From Dictyostelium discoideum (taxonomy: Eukaryota): a stretch of 64,000 nucleotides of DNA. Of this stretch, positions 48,620 to 64,000 are shown in pieces. The first letter of the stretch is position 1. The number at the start of each line of letters is the position of its first letter. Position numbers and translations under genes: made by a program. The notes under the pieces are model-generated. The model was not told the DNA's origin and made no database searches. It saw only the letters and a program-made list of their open reading frames with translations. The stretch lies in NCBI GenBank assembly GCA_000004695.1, contig CM000152.2, positions 6,112,001 through 6,176,000 of the forward strand. The letters are read 5' to 3'.

Positions 48620-51183
48620 TCAATAAGTCTTCTTTGATTTTTTGAAGATTTTATAAATAATGATTCTAATATGAATTGATTTTGAGAAGAGAATTATTCC
48701 AACAATTATAACTAAAACTATGAAAAATACAATAGAACCAACAATAATACCAGCTAGTTGACTTTTGGTTAAAGATGATCCGGATGATGAGCAAATTGAA
48801 TTTGGGGAATTAGAATTTACAGCTTGATTATCTAATAAAAGTGAAAAATCAGGATCTATAATTACAGAGGTTTCATATTGACCAACCACAATACCAATAT
48901 ATGATTGTACATTATTTTCATTTGATATTGAATTTAATTTTGAATCTAATAATTCATTTGCGATTGTTACTGTTTCACCATCAACAATACCACGTTTTAA
49001 GAATCTACCATAAATACTATTACTTGAAACTTGAAGTTTAATATAATTTGAATTATCTAATGTTGTATCACCAAATTCTTTACCTGAACAAATATCTTTT
49101 TCATTTGATTGAATTTGAGCTTCAATTATAACTTGTAAATTATTTAATTTATTTGAGAATTTATATGATGATAATTCTACTGTATATTTAATTGTTGATG
49201 GATTCATTATTAATTCTTGATTTGCAAATGTAATATTACTTTTTTTTTCAAACCATTCTAATGTTACATTAATTGTTGTTGTTATGTTATTATTTATAAT
49301 TGTTGATTGATAATTTGATATTGTTGATGAAATACTATTATAATACCATTTATCAATATAATGAATTTTAACTTGTTCACCATTGATTGAGTTAACTTCT
49401 CTAATTGCTATAATTGATATGTTACTTGTAACTTGGTAATTATTATTAACATTACTAGAATTATTATTTTTATTATCAATAATTGTAGTTGGTTTATCTT
49501 CATTTGGTTTTGGTTGTGGTATAATTATAACTTTAGAGCTACAATCTAAGCCAACATAAGGAGAAAAACAAATACAACCAACATTTTCTTTACAATAACC
49601 TTTTTCTGAACCGCCACATACTGGATTACCTAAACAAATTTGAGGTTTATTAGTTGGTGTTGGTGTTGGAGAAATGGTACTTGTTGGTGTTGGAGTTGGT
49701 GCTGAATAATTGAAATAATAAACTTTTGGGAAAATAGTAAAAGTGTTTGATAGAATAGTTGGTTGCTGAATATTGGTTAAATGTACATTGATTGAATCGT
49801 TTGTTGGTTTAATATTTTTAATTAAAATTACAGAATCACTCGGTACTGTCATTGCTGAAGAATAAGATTCACCATTACTTGATAATATCACAACTTTATT
49901 GGTTGATTTAAAACCTCTACCATATAACCAAAGATCACCACCATCATTATCTATAGCAGATGAGTCAGTAATGATTGGTTGAGTTACTGAAAACTCTTTT
50001 GTTTCTACAAACCAAGTAAAACCTGAATCTTTTAAATCACTTGCGCTATAACCTCTATATGATCCACCTCTATTAATAAATCCATAAACTGAAATTAAAA
50101 ATCCATATGGATGTGAAAATCCAATTGGTACTTCCATTGTGCATGTGTATTCAATATCTGTTCTATTCTTTGTAACAATGGTTGAAATACATTCATGAAT
50201 TCTTGAATTCATATCTGTTATATATACTATTGGATATTGATCATCTTTTAAACCGTCTAAATCCTGTGCATCAAAATCAAATACTATTAATCTATCTAAT
50301 GACCCAACATCAATAGATGATCTTGATACCCAAAATCTTTTTAACTCTGGTAGTGGTGAATCAATTTGATTACACATATTTAATGTTGAAACTTGTAATA
50401 TTGACATATCATTAAGATAATTAATAAATGGATTCGCACTTGAGTCAAGGCTAATTTGCCCATCCAATTCAATATTTGTAAGACGTTTATAATATTTATT
50501 TACATTACCAAATGTATCAATGAAAACTGCATAATAAATTTCATAATTTTGAGGTACACAATCATTTAAAATATATGGTATACTTATTATATAATTTCCT
50601 TTCCATTTATCACCACTACCAACTACCATATCACTTAATTCCAATGTATAATTATATAATGAACTATCAATCGAACCTCTAATAGTAACATATCCATCTT
50701 TGAAACCATTAATTTCATCTTCAATTGTAAATAACCATCCTAATGTTGTGTCTGGATATTTAACTATACTTGTAACTATTGGACCATAACTATCGAATTT
50801 TGTATTATCAATTCTTAATTGGTATTCATCAGATAATTGAGTATTAAGTATATAATTCTCTTTATTAAATATTAACATCCAATCTAAAACACCTGGTGAT
50901 GTATTTGCTGGTATTTTAAATTTAATATAAAATCTTGAATTTATTTCATCCCAAATTGCAAAACTGTAAACTGAGTTTAAAATACTAACTTGATTATATT
51001 CATTAATAAAATCACTATCTTGTAGTGTTCTTGGGTCAGTTAATGTAAAACCAATTGGTAAATTCTTATAATTATCTATATTATTAAAACTAAAATATAT
51101 TATATTATCAACTATTTGATCTGTAATATCAACATCATTAAACATAAAAGAAATATCTTTTATATCTTTTAAATGGTCAACAC
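48620..51183 (-). CDS. Copy F (long, most intact family member): terminal large exon (EGF-like motif, domain, TM, stop)
   Basis: Acceptor ctatag at 51184-51189. An 841-aa ORF contains 'CLGNPVCGGSEKGYCKENVGCICFSPYVGLDC', a (TP)n linker and the 'IVGSIVFFIVLVIIVGIILFSKS' TM helix with a basic tail 'KIFKKSKKTY*'. Confidence 0.7.
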
Positions 51184-51265
51184 CTATAGATTATTTAATT
51201 TTTTTTAATTATTTAATTAGTTGGTAAATTATATTAAAATTTTCAATTTTTTCAATTTAACTTAC

Positions 51266-51940
51266 TTTTTAATTGTATTGAAGGGAAAATTACTTGAATA
51301 GTATGTGATAAAATGGAGTAGTCTCGATTTGGACTATAAACTGAAGATGAGTCTAAGTGATTATAAAAACTTATTGAATTTTTTGTTGAACCATATTTAA
51401 CGGCATCGTATAATATTTCAAAAACACCATTTTTAATATCACCAGAAATCAATGAGTCTACATGAAATTCCAAAACATTATTATCAATAATAGTTTGAAA
51501 ATAATTTAAACCATATGTATCTGATATCATAAATCTAATTAAATAATTAAAATTATTTAAATATATGGTTTCATATGATTTTAAGATTGGTTTAGTTGTG
51601 TCATTGACAAAACTTGAAGGTGTCACTCGCAACTCTGGGCCATTTCCAGAAAGAAAGGTCATATGCAAGTAAAAATAATTTTTATTTGAAAAACCACGAG
51701 TTGGTAAAGACATTTTTATTTTGTAGTTTAAATTGTTTCCACTTGAAAATCCAAATGGAAATACTTGATATTTATTATCACCAAATATACCATCCCCATA
51801 GGAATACTTTAAGTATTGAGAATCATACTTGAATCCAATGTCACTATAAGACAATTCAAATGAATATAATGACATTGAACTAGTACTATTATCAACAGTT
51901 GTATTTATTATTGAAGATATTAAACCTTGATCAATTTGGC
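51266..51940 (-). CDS. Copy F, penultimate exon
   Basis: Acceptor gaaaag|gc at 51941-51942. Encodes '...NSTSSMSLYSFELSYSDIGFKYDSQ...VIFPSIQLK'. Donor gtaagt at 51265, phase 1, joins in frame to 51183. Confidence 0.6.
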
Positions 51941-52078
51941 CTTTTCCAAAAAATTAAAAAAATTAAAAAAACAAGAAAATAAAAAAAAACATGAATTAGA
52001 ATTGTGTTTTAATTTTAATTAATAATAACAATAATAAAAATAATAATAATTTGCACTCTAATTATTTAAAATACATAC

Positions 52079-52396
52079 TTGTATAGTTTATAAAAATTGG
52101 AATACCTTGATAAGCTGTGTTATTTATTTGTTCATAAAGAGAATAATTTTGTAAACCATCGTTTACAACCGAAAGGTAACTAATGTATGTCATATTACCT
52201 ATTGATCCAGAAATAGGTCTTGGTAAAGTTGAATACACCGAGTTAATTAAAACCAATGGATTAATTGGTCTTTGTAATGATGATACTGAATTAAATTTTA
52301 TAACACTTCCAAACAATAACATAATTTCACAATTGCGGCCATTTGGAAATTGGATTAATTCTACAATTTCTTCATTCTTATTACTATTTTTATATT
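52079..52396 (-). CDS. Copy F, exon 3
   Basis: Acceptor ttaaaag. Encodes 'YKNSNKNEEIVELIQFPNGRNCEIMLLFGSVIKFNSVSSLQRPINPLVLINSVYSTLPRPISGSIGNMTYISYL...IFINYT'. Donor gtatgt, phase 1. Confidence 0.55.
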
Positions 52397-52492
52397 CTTT
52401 TAAATTAATACAAACTATATTAATAAAATGAATTTTTAAAAAAAAAAAAAAAAAAAAATTAATTTTAAAAAATAATAATAATAAAATCTTAC

Positions 52493-52768
52493 TTGTTATA
52501 TTATATGGTACTGAAATTGTTATTATTGTACCAGAATTACTAAAAGATATTTCCCAATTAGAGTTTGATAATCTTGGAATATAAAATTTTTCATAATATC
52601 GAATTCTATAATAATTTTTACCAAGTGATGTTAAATCAAATGAATAATAACTATCAATAGTAGTAATTATAGTTGAATCTAATAAACCATTTAGTTTAAC
52701 AATTGATGAAAATTTATTAACTATACTCCATGTTACTTCTTGTATTATTTCAATATTAATTTCATATC
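52493..52768 (-). CDS. Copy F, exon 2
   Basis: Acceptor aataag|ga. Encodes 'YEINIEIIQEVTWSIVNKFSSIVKLNGLLDSTIITTIDSYYSFDLTSLGKNYYRIRYYEKFYIPRLSNSNWEISFSNSGTIITISVPYNIT'. Donor gtaaga, phase 1. The frame was checked codon by codon. Confidence 0.55.
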
Positions 52769-52833
52769 CTTATTATATTAATATTAAAATAGTAATAGTA
52801 ATAATAATAAATTGTATTAGTTATATATTTTGG

Positions 52834-52893
<60 letters not shown>

Positions 52894-52899
52894 CAGATT

Positions 52900-53279
52900 T
52901 GAGATTTATAATTCCTTTTACATTCATAATAAAATAAAAGGGAACTTTTTGAAATATCATTGTTAACATTAAAGGTTGTTGAATATTTGAAAAAATTAAG
53001 AGTTGCATATTCTGAGCAAAAAAAAGTTGATGAAGTTATATTCCTTCTATAAATAAACAAAACTGATTGTCACTACCTAATGTTTGTATAGAATCTGCAG
53101 TTTCATTTATTTTTGAACAAAGAATAAACGTTGGTATGAAGAACAATATGGATGTAATGTTTGTTCTGGATAGAATATATATATTTTATCTAGATAAGTA
53201 ATTGAATAATCTTGTCCTTTTATTAATAAAATAAATGTTAATAAAAAAAGCCTGATTATTCCAAGTTTAGCCATTCTAA
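52900..53279 (-). pseudogene. Copy F, signal-peptide exon 1 with two apparent 1-nt deletions
   Basis: 'MAKLGIIRLFLLTFILLIKGQDYSITYLDKIYIFYPEQTLHPYCSSYQRLFFVQK' then a stop. Homology to copy A exon 1 ('...FSVNNDILKDNLTIDFKCKG' ~ '...FNVNNDISKSSLLFYYECK' plus gtaatt donor) continues only after shifting frame twice, in the runs 'caaaaataaat' and 'gaaggaatataa'. Confidence 0.45.
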
Positions 53280-53774
53280 AAGAAGAATTGTTTGATGGTT
53301 TTTTTTTATTATTTTCAGTTTGAACAAAAAAAATATGGTGAAAAATAAAAAATATTATAAAAAAAAAAAAAGTTTTTTGTAAAAACCAAATAAAAAAATA
53401 ATTTTTTTTTTTTATTTTTTTTTGTAAAAATAAGATATTTATAAAAGGGGCATTTGATCAAAAAAAAAAAAAAAAATCATACACAAAATTTTTTGAGATA
53501 TTTATTTTTATAAAAAATATCTCAAAAAAAAAAAAAGTTAACAGTAATATTTTTTATTTGTTTATTTTTAATGTTTTTGGTAATAAAAATTAATAAAAAC
53601 ATTTAAAATTATATTATATTTATTAAATAAAAAAAAAAAAAAAAAAAATAACTATTTCTTAATGTTTTGAACAAAAATTTTTTTTTTTTTTTTATTTAAT
53701 ATATATAATATAATTTTAATTTTAATGTTTTTATTAATTTTTATTACCAAAGAAGTCTCCTAAGGAAATTGCTG

Positions 53775-53809
<35 letters not shown>

Positions 53810-53918
53810 AACAGAAATATTTAATAAAGAATTTAATTTAAAGAATAAAAAAATGTTTAGAAAAAAAAAAAGAATTTTTGTTGGTCTGTAAAGGATTTAT
53901 TTTTTTATTTCTTTTTTA

Positions 53919-56900
53919 TCAATAAGACTTTTTTGATTTTTTGAAGATTTTATAAATAATGATTCTAATACGCACTGATTTTGAGAAGAGAATTATTCCA
54001 ACAATTATAACTAAAACAATGAAAAATACAATAGAACCGACAATAATACCAGCTAGTTGACTTTTGGTTAAAGATGATTCGGATGATGAGCAAATTGAAT
54101 TTGGAGAATTAGAATTTACAGCTTGATTATCTAATAAAAGTGAAAAATCAGGATCTATAGTTACAGAGGTTTCATATTGACCAACCACAATACCAATATA
54201 TGATTGTACATTATTTTCATTTGATATTGAATTTAATTTTGAATCTAATAATTCATTGGTGACTGCCACTGTTTTACCATCAACAATACCACGTTTTAAG
54301 AATCTACCATAAATACTATTACTTGAAACTTGAAGTTTAATATAATTTGAATTATCTAATGTTGTATCACCAAATTCTTTACCTGAACAAATATCATTTG
54401 TCAATATAATGAATTTTAACTTGTTCACCATTGATTGAATTTACTTCTCTAATTGCTATAATTGATATATTACTTTTAATTTGATAATTATTAACATTAC
54501 TAGAATTACTATTGCTATTATCAATAGCTGTAGTTGGTTTATCTTCATTTGGTTTTGGTTGTGGTATAGTAATAACTTTAGAGCTACAATCTAAGCCAAC
54601 ATAAGGAGAATAACAAATACAACCAACATTTTCTTTACAATAACCTTGTTTTGAACCACTACATACTGGATTACCTAAACAAATTTGAGGTTTATTAGTT
54701 GGTGTTGGTGTTTAAGTTGGAGTTGAAGTTTGAGTTTGAGTGGGTGTTGGTGTTGGAGTTGGAGTTGGTACCGAGTAATTAAAATAATAAACTTTTGGGA
54801 AAATAGTAAAAGTATTTGATAGAATAGTTGGTTGCAGTGTGAAAATCCAATTGGTACTTCCATTGTGCATGTGTATTCAATATCTGTTCTATTCTTTGTA
54901 ACAATGGTTGATATACATTCATGAATTCTTGAATTCATATCTGTTATATAAACTATTGGATATTGGTCATCTTTTAAACCGTCTAAATCATGTGCATCAA
55001 AATCAAACGTTATTAATCTATCTAATGACCCAACATCAATAGATGATCTTGATACCCAAAATCTTTTTAACTCTGGTAGTGGTGAATCAATTTGATTACA
55101 CATATTTAATGTTGAAACTTGTAATATTGACATATCATTAAGATAATTAATAAATGGATTCGCACTTGAGTCCTTGTAATTTGGTGGATTTAAATCAAAA
55201 TTTGTTTGACGTTTATAATATTTATTTCTATTACCAAATGAATCAATGAGAACTGCATAATAAATTTCGTAATTTTGAAATACAAAATCGTTTAAAATAT
55301 ATGGTATACTTATTATATAATCTCCTTTCCATTTATCACCGCTACCAACTACCATATCACTTAATTCCAATGTATAATTATATAATGAACTATCTACTGA
55401 ACCTCTAATAGTAACATATCCATCTTTGAAACCATTAATTTCATCTTCAATTGTAAATAACCATCCTAGTGTTGTTGTCAAGCTATGATCTTGATATTTA
55501 ACTATAATTGTAACTATTGGACCATAACTATCGAATTTTGTATTATCAATTCTTAATTGGTATTCATCAGGTAATTGAGTATTAAGAAAATGATTCTCTT
55601 TATTAAATACCAACATCCAATCTAAAACACCTGGTGATGTATTTGCTGGTATTTTAAATTTAATATAAAATCTTGAATTGATTTCATCCCAAATTGCAAA
55701 GCTGTAAACTGAATTTAAAGTATTAAATACTTCAAAGTTAATTCCATTATAGAAGTCACTATCTTGTAATGTTCTTGGATCGATTAATGTAAAACGAATT
55801 GGTAAATTCTTATAATTATCTATATTATTAAAACTAAAATACATTATATTATCAACTATTTGATCTGTAATATCAACATCATTAAACATAAAAGAAATAT
55901 CTTTTACATCTTTTAAATAATTAACATCTACATATTATTATTTATTAAGAATAAAGTAATAATAAATTATAGTTAATAGTTTTATTCATAAATATCGTCA
56001 TTTTTTTTTTTTTTTTTTTTTTACTTACTTTGTTCTATAGTTGGTAAATTAATTCTTAAATTTGGAGTTTCAATAGAGAAAGGTTGATTTTGGTTAAATA
56101 ACGATGACTTATCTAAATGATTATAAAAATAATATGAATTACTTGTTGAACCATATTTAATGACATCATAAAATATTTCGAAAACACCATTTTTAATATC
56201 ACCAAAAACCAATGACTCTACATAAAATTTAATTATTTTATTATCAATATTGACTTGAATAAAATTCAAACCATATGTATCTGATATTGTAAATCTAATT
56301 AAATAATTAAAATTATTTAAATAAATAGTATCAAATTCATTTAAAGTTGGTATGAAATTATTATTATTATTATTATTGATTAAATTTGAATGTGAAACTT
56401 GTAATGCCAAACCATTACTACCACCATAATCTGTCATTTGCAAAATAAAATATTGTTGACTTGAAAAACCACGATTTGGAACAGACATTTTCATAGTGTA
56501 GTTTAAATTATTTCCACTTGAAAATCCAAATGGAAATACTTTGTATTCATTCTCAGATTCTCTATTACCTCCTCCTCCTCCACTAAAATAGGTATACCAT
56601 TGAGAATCATATGTGAAATTAAAATCACTATACATTAATTCTAATGTATAAAATGGCATTGAACTATTACTATAATCAACACTTGTATACTTTATTAACT
56701 GTTTTAAAGAATAAGAATTTAAAACTTTTTATAACATTGGTTAGACCGATAATGATAAAAATAATGATAATATTAAAAAATACATACTTGTATAGTTTGT
56801 TGGAATTTGAATAGTTTGTAATGTTGAATCATCTTTTTGTTTATAAAGGGTATAATATTGTAAATAACTATATAAAACTGAAAGGTAATCAATGTAAGTG

Positions 56901-57105
56901 ATATTACCAATTGATCCAGATATTGGTCTTGGTAAAGATGATATTAAGATGTTGTTATTTAAAACTAATGGATTAACTGGTCTTTGTAATGATGATGTTG
57001 ATTTAAATTTTATAACACTTCCAAAAATATTTAAAACTTTACAAGTTCCATCTTTTGGAAATTGAACTAATTCATTAATCTCTTCACTATTTTTAAATTC
57101 TATAG

Positions 57106-57169
<64 letters not shown>

Positions 57170-57960
57170 ATTTTAAAAAATGAATACTAAATATTAATTA
57201 AAATTAATAATAATAATAATAATAATAAATTCTTACTTACTTGTTATATTATATGGTGTTGAAATTGTAATATTTGTACCAGAATTGTTAAAAGATATAT
57301 CCCATTTAGTTTTTAATAATCTTGAAATAAAATAACCTTCATAATATAGAATTCTATAATAATTTTTACCAAGTGATATTAATTCAAATAATTCTCCATC
57401 ATCACCATTATCAAGTAAATTAATAATAGTTGAATCTAATAAACCATTTAAATTTACAATTGATGAATATTTATGTACTATACTCCATGTTACTTCTTGA
57501 ATTATTTCAATGTTAATGCTAAATTCTAAAAAAAAGATTAGTGACATATATATATATAAATTATAAAATAATGAATGGTATTATAATTATAATTACTTTT
57601 ACATTCATAATTAAAAGTGAACCTTTTGAAATATCATTGTTTACAAAAAAAGAAATACTTGAGTTTGTTGAAAAATTGATATTTTGATTTTCAAAGCATA
57701 AGAAAATTGATGATGTTGAATTTCCAACTATTAATGAACAAACTTGATTATCAATACCACTTAATTTAGTAATTGGATTTGCAGTAACACTTGTTTTTTT
57801 AACTAAAATATAATATTGAGGTATTTCACATTATTTATTTGATGTTTTGGTTGGATAGAATGTATTTGTGTTATCCAAAAAACTTAAGATGTAATCTTGA
57901 CCTTTTACTAATAAAATAAATAATAATAATAAAAAAAGAATTAAAATTCTGAGTTTAGCT
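53919..57960 (-). pseudogene. Copy G: family member with lost start codon and two internal deletions in the large exon
   Basis: Relative to F the large exon is split into ORFs 54675-55889 and 53919-54431. About 400 nt (F ~49700-50100) and ~300 nt ('WYYNSISSTISNYQ...IIEAQIQSNEK') are missing, and translation derails after 'EVPIGFSH'. The exon-2 (57233-57547), exon-3 (56760-57100) and penultimate (56021-56659) equivalents are intact ORFs. Exon 1 at ~57560-57960 begins 'ATAGCTAAACTCAGA', where F and E have ATGGCTAAACTT / ATGGTTAAACTT, and it has an in-frame stop. No phase-1 AG acceptor exists for the penultimate exon. Confidence 0.6.
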
Positions 57961-58765
57961 ATCTAAAGATTAGCTATTATTATTATTATTATTGTTTTTT
58001 TTTTTTTTTTCATTTTTTTTTTCATTTTTTGACCACGAACCAAAGGATATTTTTTTTTTTTTTTTTTTGGTGGTTTCGTGATTACTTTTTTTTTTTTTTT
58101 TATTTTTTTTTTTTTAATTTTATTATTATTATTGATAAAAAAATAAAAGCTTTTTATTTATATTTTTTAAAAAAAAATTAAAAAATTAAAAAAAGTTAAA
58201 TAAAAAAAAAAAAAAAAAAAGAAACTTTACTCAATTTTGATATTTGATTTTTGTGTATGTCAATATTATTTAGTTTTTTCATTTTATGAAATTTGGCATT
58301 TGATAATCAAATTAAGTTGACATTTTTTTTTTTTTTTAATTTTTTTTTCCAAAGTCAGAACAAAACAAAAAAAAAAAAAAAATTGAAAAAAAAAAAAAAA
58401 TTGAAAAAAAAAAAATTAAAAAAAAAAAAAATTAAAAAAAAAAAAAAATAAATTAATTTTAAACAAATTATTTAATAAAAAATTAATATCAATCAATTAA
58501 TTTGTTTCTTTTATCAAAATTATTTTTTTAATTTTTTAAAAAAAATTTTTTTTTTTGTTTTACTCATATTTTTTCATTTTTTTTTTTTTTTTTTTTTCAT
58601 TTATCAAATATCAAATACATACACCCACTCACACTTTTATATCTGCACAAAACGCGTATATATTTTATATATTAAATTTGTTTGTGTATATATATATATA
58701 TATATACATTAAATATATAAATATATAAATATAGTGTATATATATATAAAATTTCGAACGAAAAA

Positions 58766-58981
58766 ATGATGGGAACTAAAGTACCATCATATAATAATAA
58801 ACAGCAAAGTGGTTCAAATGCTGGTGGAAATGTAAATAATAATAATAATGGACCAAATATAAATAATCCAAATAATCCAAATAATACCAACTCATTACCA
58901 ACTACAAGTGGATATAATTCATCAAGATTCAGTGTTCCTAACCTTGATACAGATAATTTTATGACTAATATCATTTCTATG
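58766..58981 (+). CDS. Large low-complexity protein (poly-Q/N/H/T), exon 1
   Basis: ATG at 58766. 'MMGTKVPSYNNKQQSGSNAGG...NFMTNIISM'. Donor atg|gtaatt, phase 0. Confidence 0.45.
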
Positions 58982-59070
58982 GTAATTATATATAATTTTA
59001 TTCATATTAATTTCAACAACCATAAATACTAATATTTATTCATTCATTCATTCATTCATTCATATAATAG

Positions 59071-59872
59071 GGTGTAAATAAAGTTGGATGGGCACTTTAT
59101 AGGTCAAACAGTAATAATAATAATAACAATATTAATAATAATAGCAGTAGTAGTAGTAGTAGTAATACTAGTAATAATATAAATAGTAATACATTAGTTA
59201 ATGATCCTATACTTTTAGCATATTTAAAAACAATTGAATTGGGAGTACCTTGTCTATGGAGAAAAACTAGATCAAAGAAACCAATAAATAATAGTAGTAA
59301 CAATAGTAATATAACATCATCTACTTCAACTGATAGCTCATTAAAGAATAGATTAAAAAATTCACCAAGTGAAACTACACCTCCAAATACCACAAATAAC
59401 AATAGTAATAATGTAACAAAAGATTCACCACCGAATGCTACAAATAAAATGAGTACCTCTCCAAAATCATTATCTCCTACCATTTCAAATAATAATAATA
59501 ATACTACAGCAGCAGCAACGACAACAACAACAACAACAAATAATTCATCTAATTCACCAACATCACCTACCAATAATAATAATAATAATAATAATAATAA
59601 TTCACCATCATCTCATAATGTTGTTAATTCACCACCATCAACAAGTAGTAGATCACCACCAACTGTAGCATCAGTAACTTCAAATACTTCAACGATACAA
59701 CCCATTTCTCCAATTATAAATAGGCAAACTTCATCACATAATTATCAACAACCACAACAACCCTATTATAATCATCAACCATTGCAACCAATACAAGAGT
59801 ACATTACAACATATGAATTATGGGTATTTAATATTAGTAATACATCTTTACTAGATTTTTCACATTTAAACA
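59071..59872 (+). CDS. Large low-complexity protein, exon 2
   Basis: Acceptor ataatag at 59064-59070. Encodes 'GVNKVGWALYRSN...DPILLAYLKTIELGVPCLWRK...'. Donor a|gtatgt at 59873, phase 1. Confidence 0.45.
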
Positions 59873-59962
59873 GTATGTAATACATATTTTATTTTATAAA
59901 TATATAATATATTATTATATAGATTTTCTCTAATTTTTTTTTTTTTTTTTTTTTTTACATAG

Positions 59963-60059
59963 ATGTTGAATCAGGAATTGTAAATTTAGATAATATAGGT
60001 TGTAATAATAGTGTAATAGTTCAATATCTTTTTAAATCATTATATAATTTAGTTGAGTA
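59963..60059 (+). CDS. Large low-complexity protein, exon 3
   Basis: Acceptor tacatag at 59956-59962. Only a phase-1 join gives 'NVESGIVNLDNIGCNNSVIVQYLFKSLYNLVE'. Donor ta|gtaagt at 60060, phase 2. Confidence 0.45.
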
Positions 60060-60163
60060 GTAAGTTTCTTAATATTTATAAATATATCTTTATATTAAAA
60101 AAAAAAAAAAAAAATAGTATTAATACTTTATTCTTTTTTTTTTTTTTTTTTTTACAATAAAAG

Positions 60164-64000
<3,837 letters not shown>

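Noticed and set aside
58672-59573. Minus-strand ORFs 58672-58974 and 59097-59573 (poly-L/V)
   Set aside because: Antisense of the plus-strand low-complexity gene's exons 1-2, and of TATA-rich promoter sequence.

Overview
The window reads as Dictyostelium discoideum-type nuclear DNA. It is extremely AT-rich with long poly(dA)/(dT) intergenic tracts. Coding regions carry (AAT)n and (CAA)n repeats giving poly-Asn and poly-Gln runs. Introns are short and AT-rich with GTAAGT/GTATGT donors and AG acceptors. All calls below come from by-eye translation and motif recognition, with no database search.

The first 35 kb is gene-dense with ordinary housekeeping and signalling genes:
- the 3' part of a family-A (Pol theta/nu-like) DNA polymerase;
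- a degenerate 3-hydroxyisobutyryl-CoA hydrolase (HIBCH)-like gene with apparent frameshifts;
- a 5-exon RasGEF with REM, CDC25, cNB, GRAM and cNB domains that matches GbpD;
- a PGRMC/MAPR cytochrome-b5-like protein;
- the RNA 3'-phosphate cyclase-like protein Rcl1 (2 exons, 373 aa);
- a 4-exon multi-pass membrane protein;
- an ~800-aa poly-Gln protein;
- a classical SDR oxidoreductase with one apparent frameshift;
- the peroxin Pex10 (3 exons, C3HC4 RING);
- a P-loop polynucleotide-kinase-like protein;
- the CCAAT-factor subunit NF-YA;
- a POP7/Rpp20-like RNase P/MRP subunit.

From about 35.7 to 58 kb the minus strand carries a tandem array of one paralogous family of secreted type-I membrane glycoproteins. 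The family architecture is signal peptide, Thr/Pro linker, an EGF-like Cys motif, a ~250-aa domain, a TM helix and a short basic tail. Two short single-exon paralogs look intact. One long multi-exon copy is intact except for its first exon. At least three other copies are pseudogenes with a lost ATG, internal deletions, premature stops, or interruption by insertions.

One copy is split by a ~2.2-kb element with ~200-bp hairpin-rich terminal inverted repeats and a 6-bp target-site duplication. The element carries ORFs whose codon usage is noticeably GC-richer than the host. Next to it lie a cluster of palindromic repeats and a second insertion breakpoint.

The last 5 kb holds the start of a very large low-complexity protein-coding gene (poly-Q/N/H) that runs off the window.
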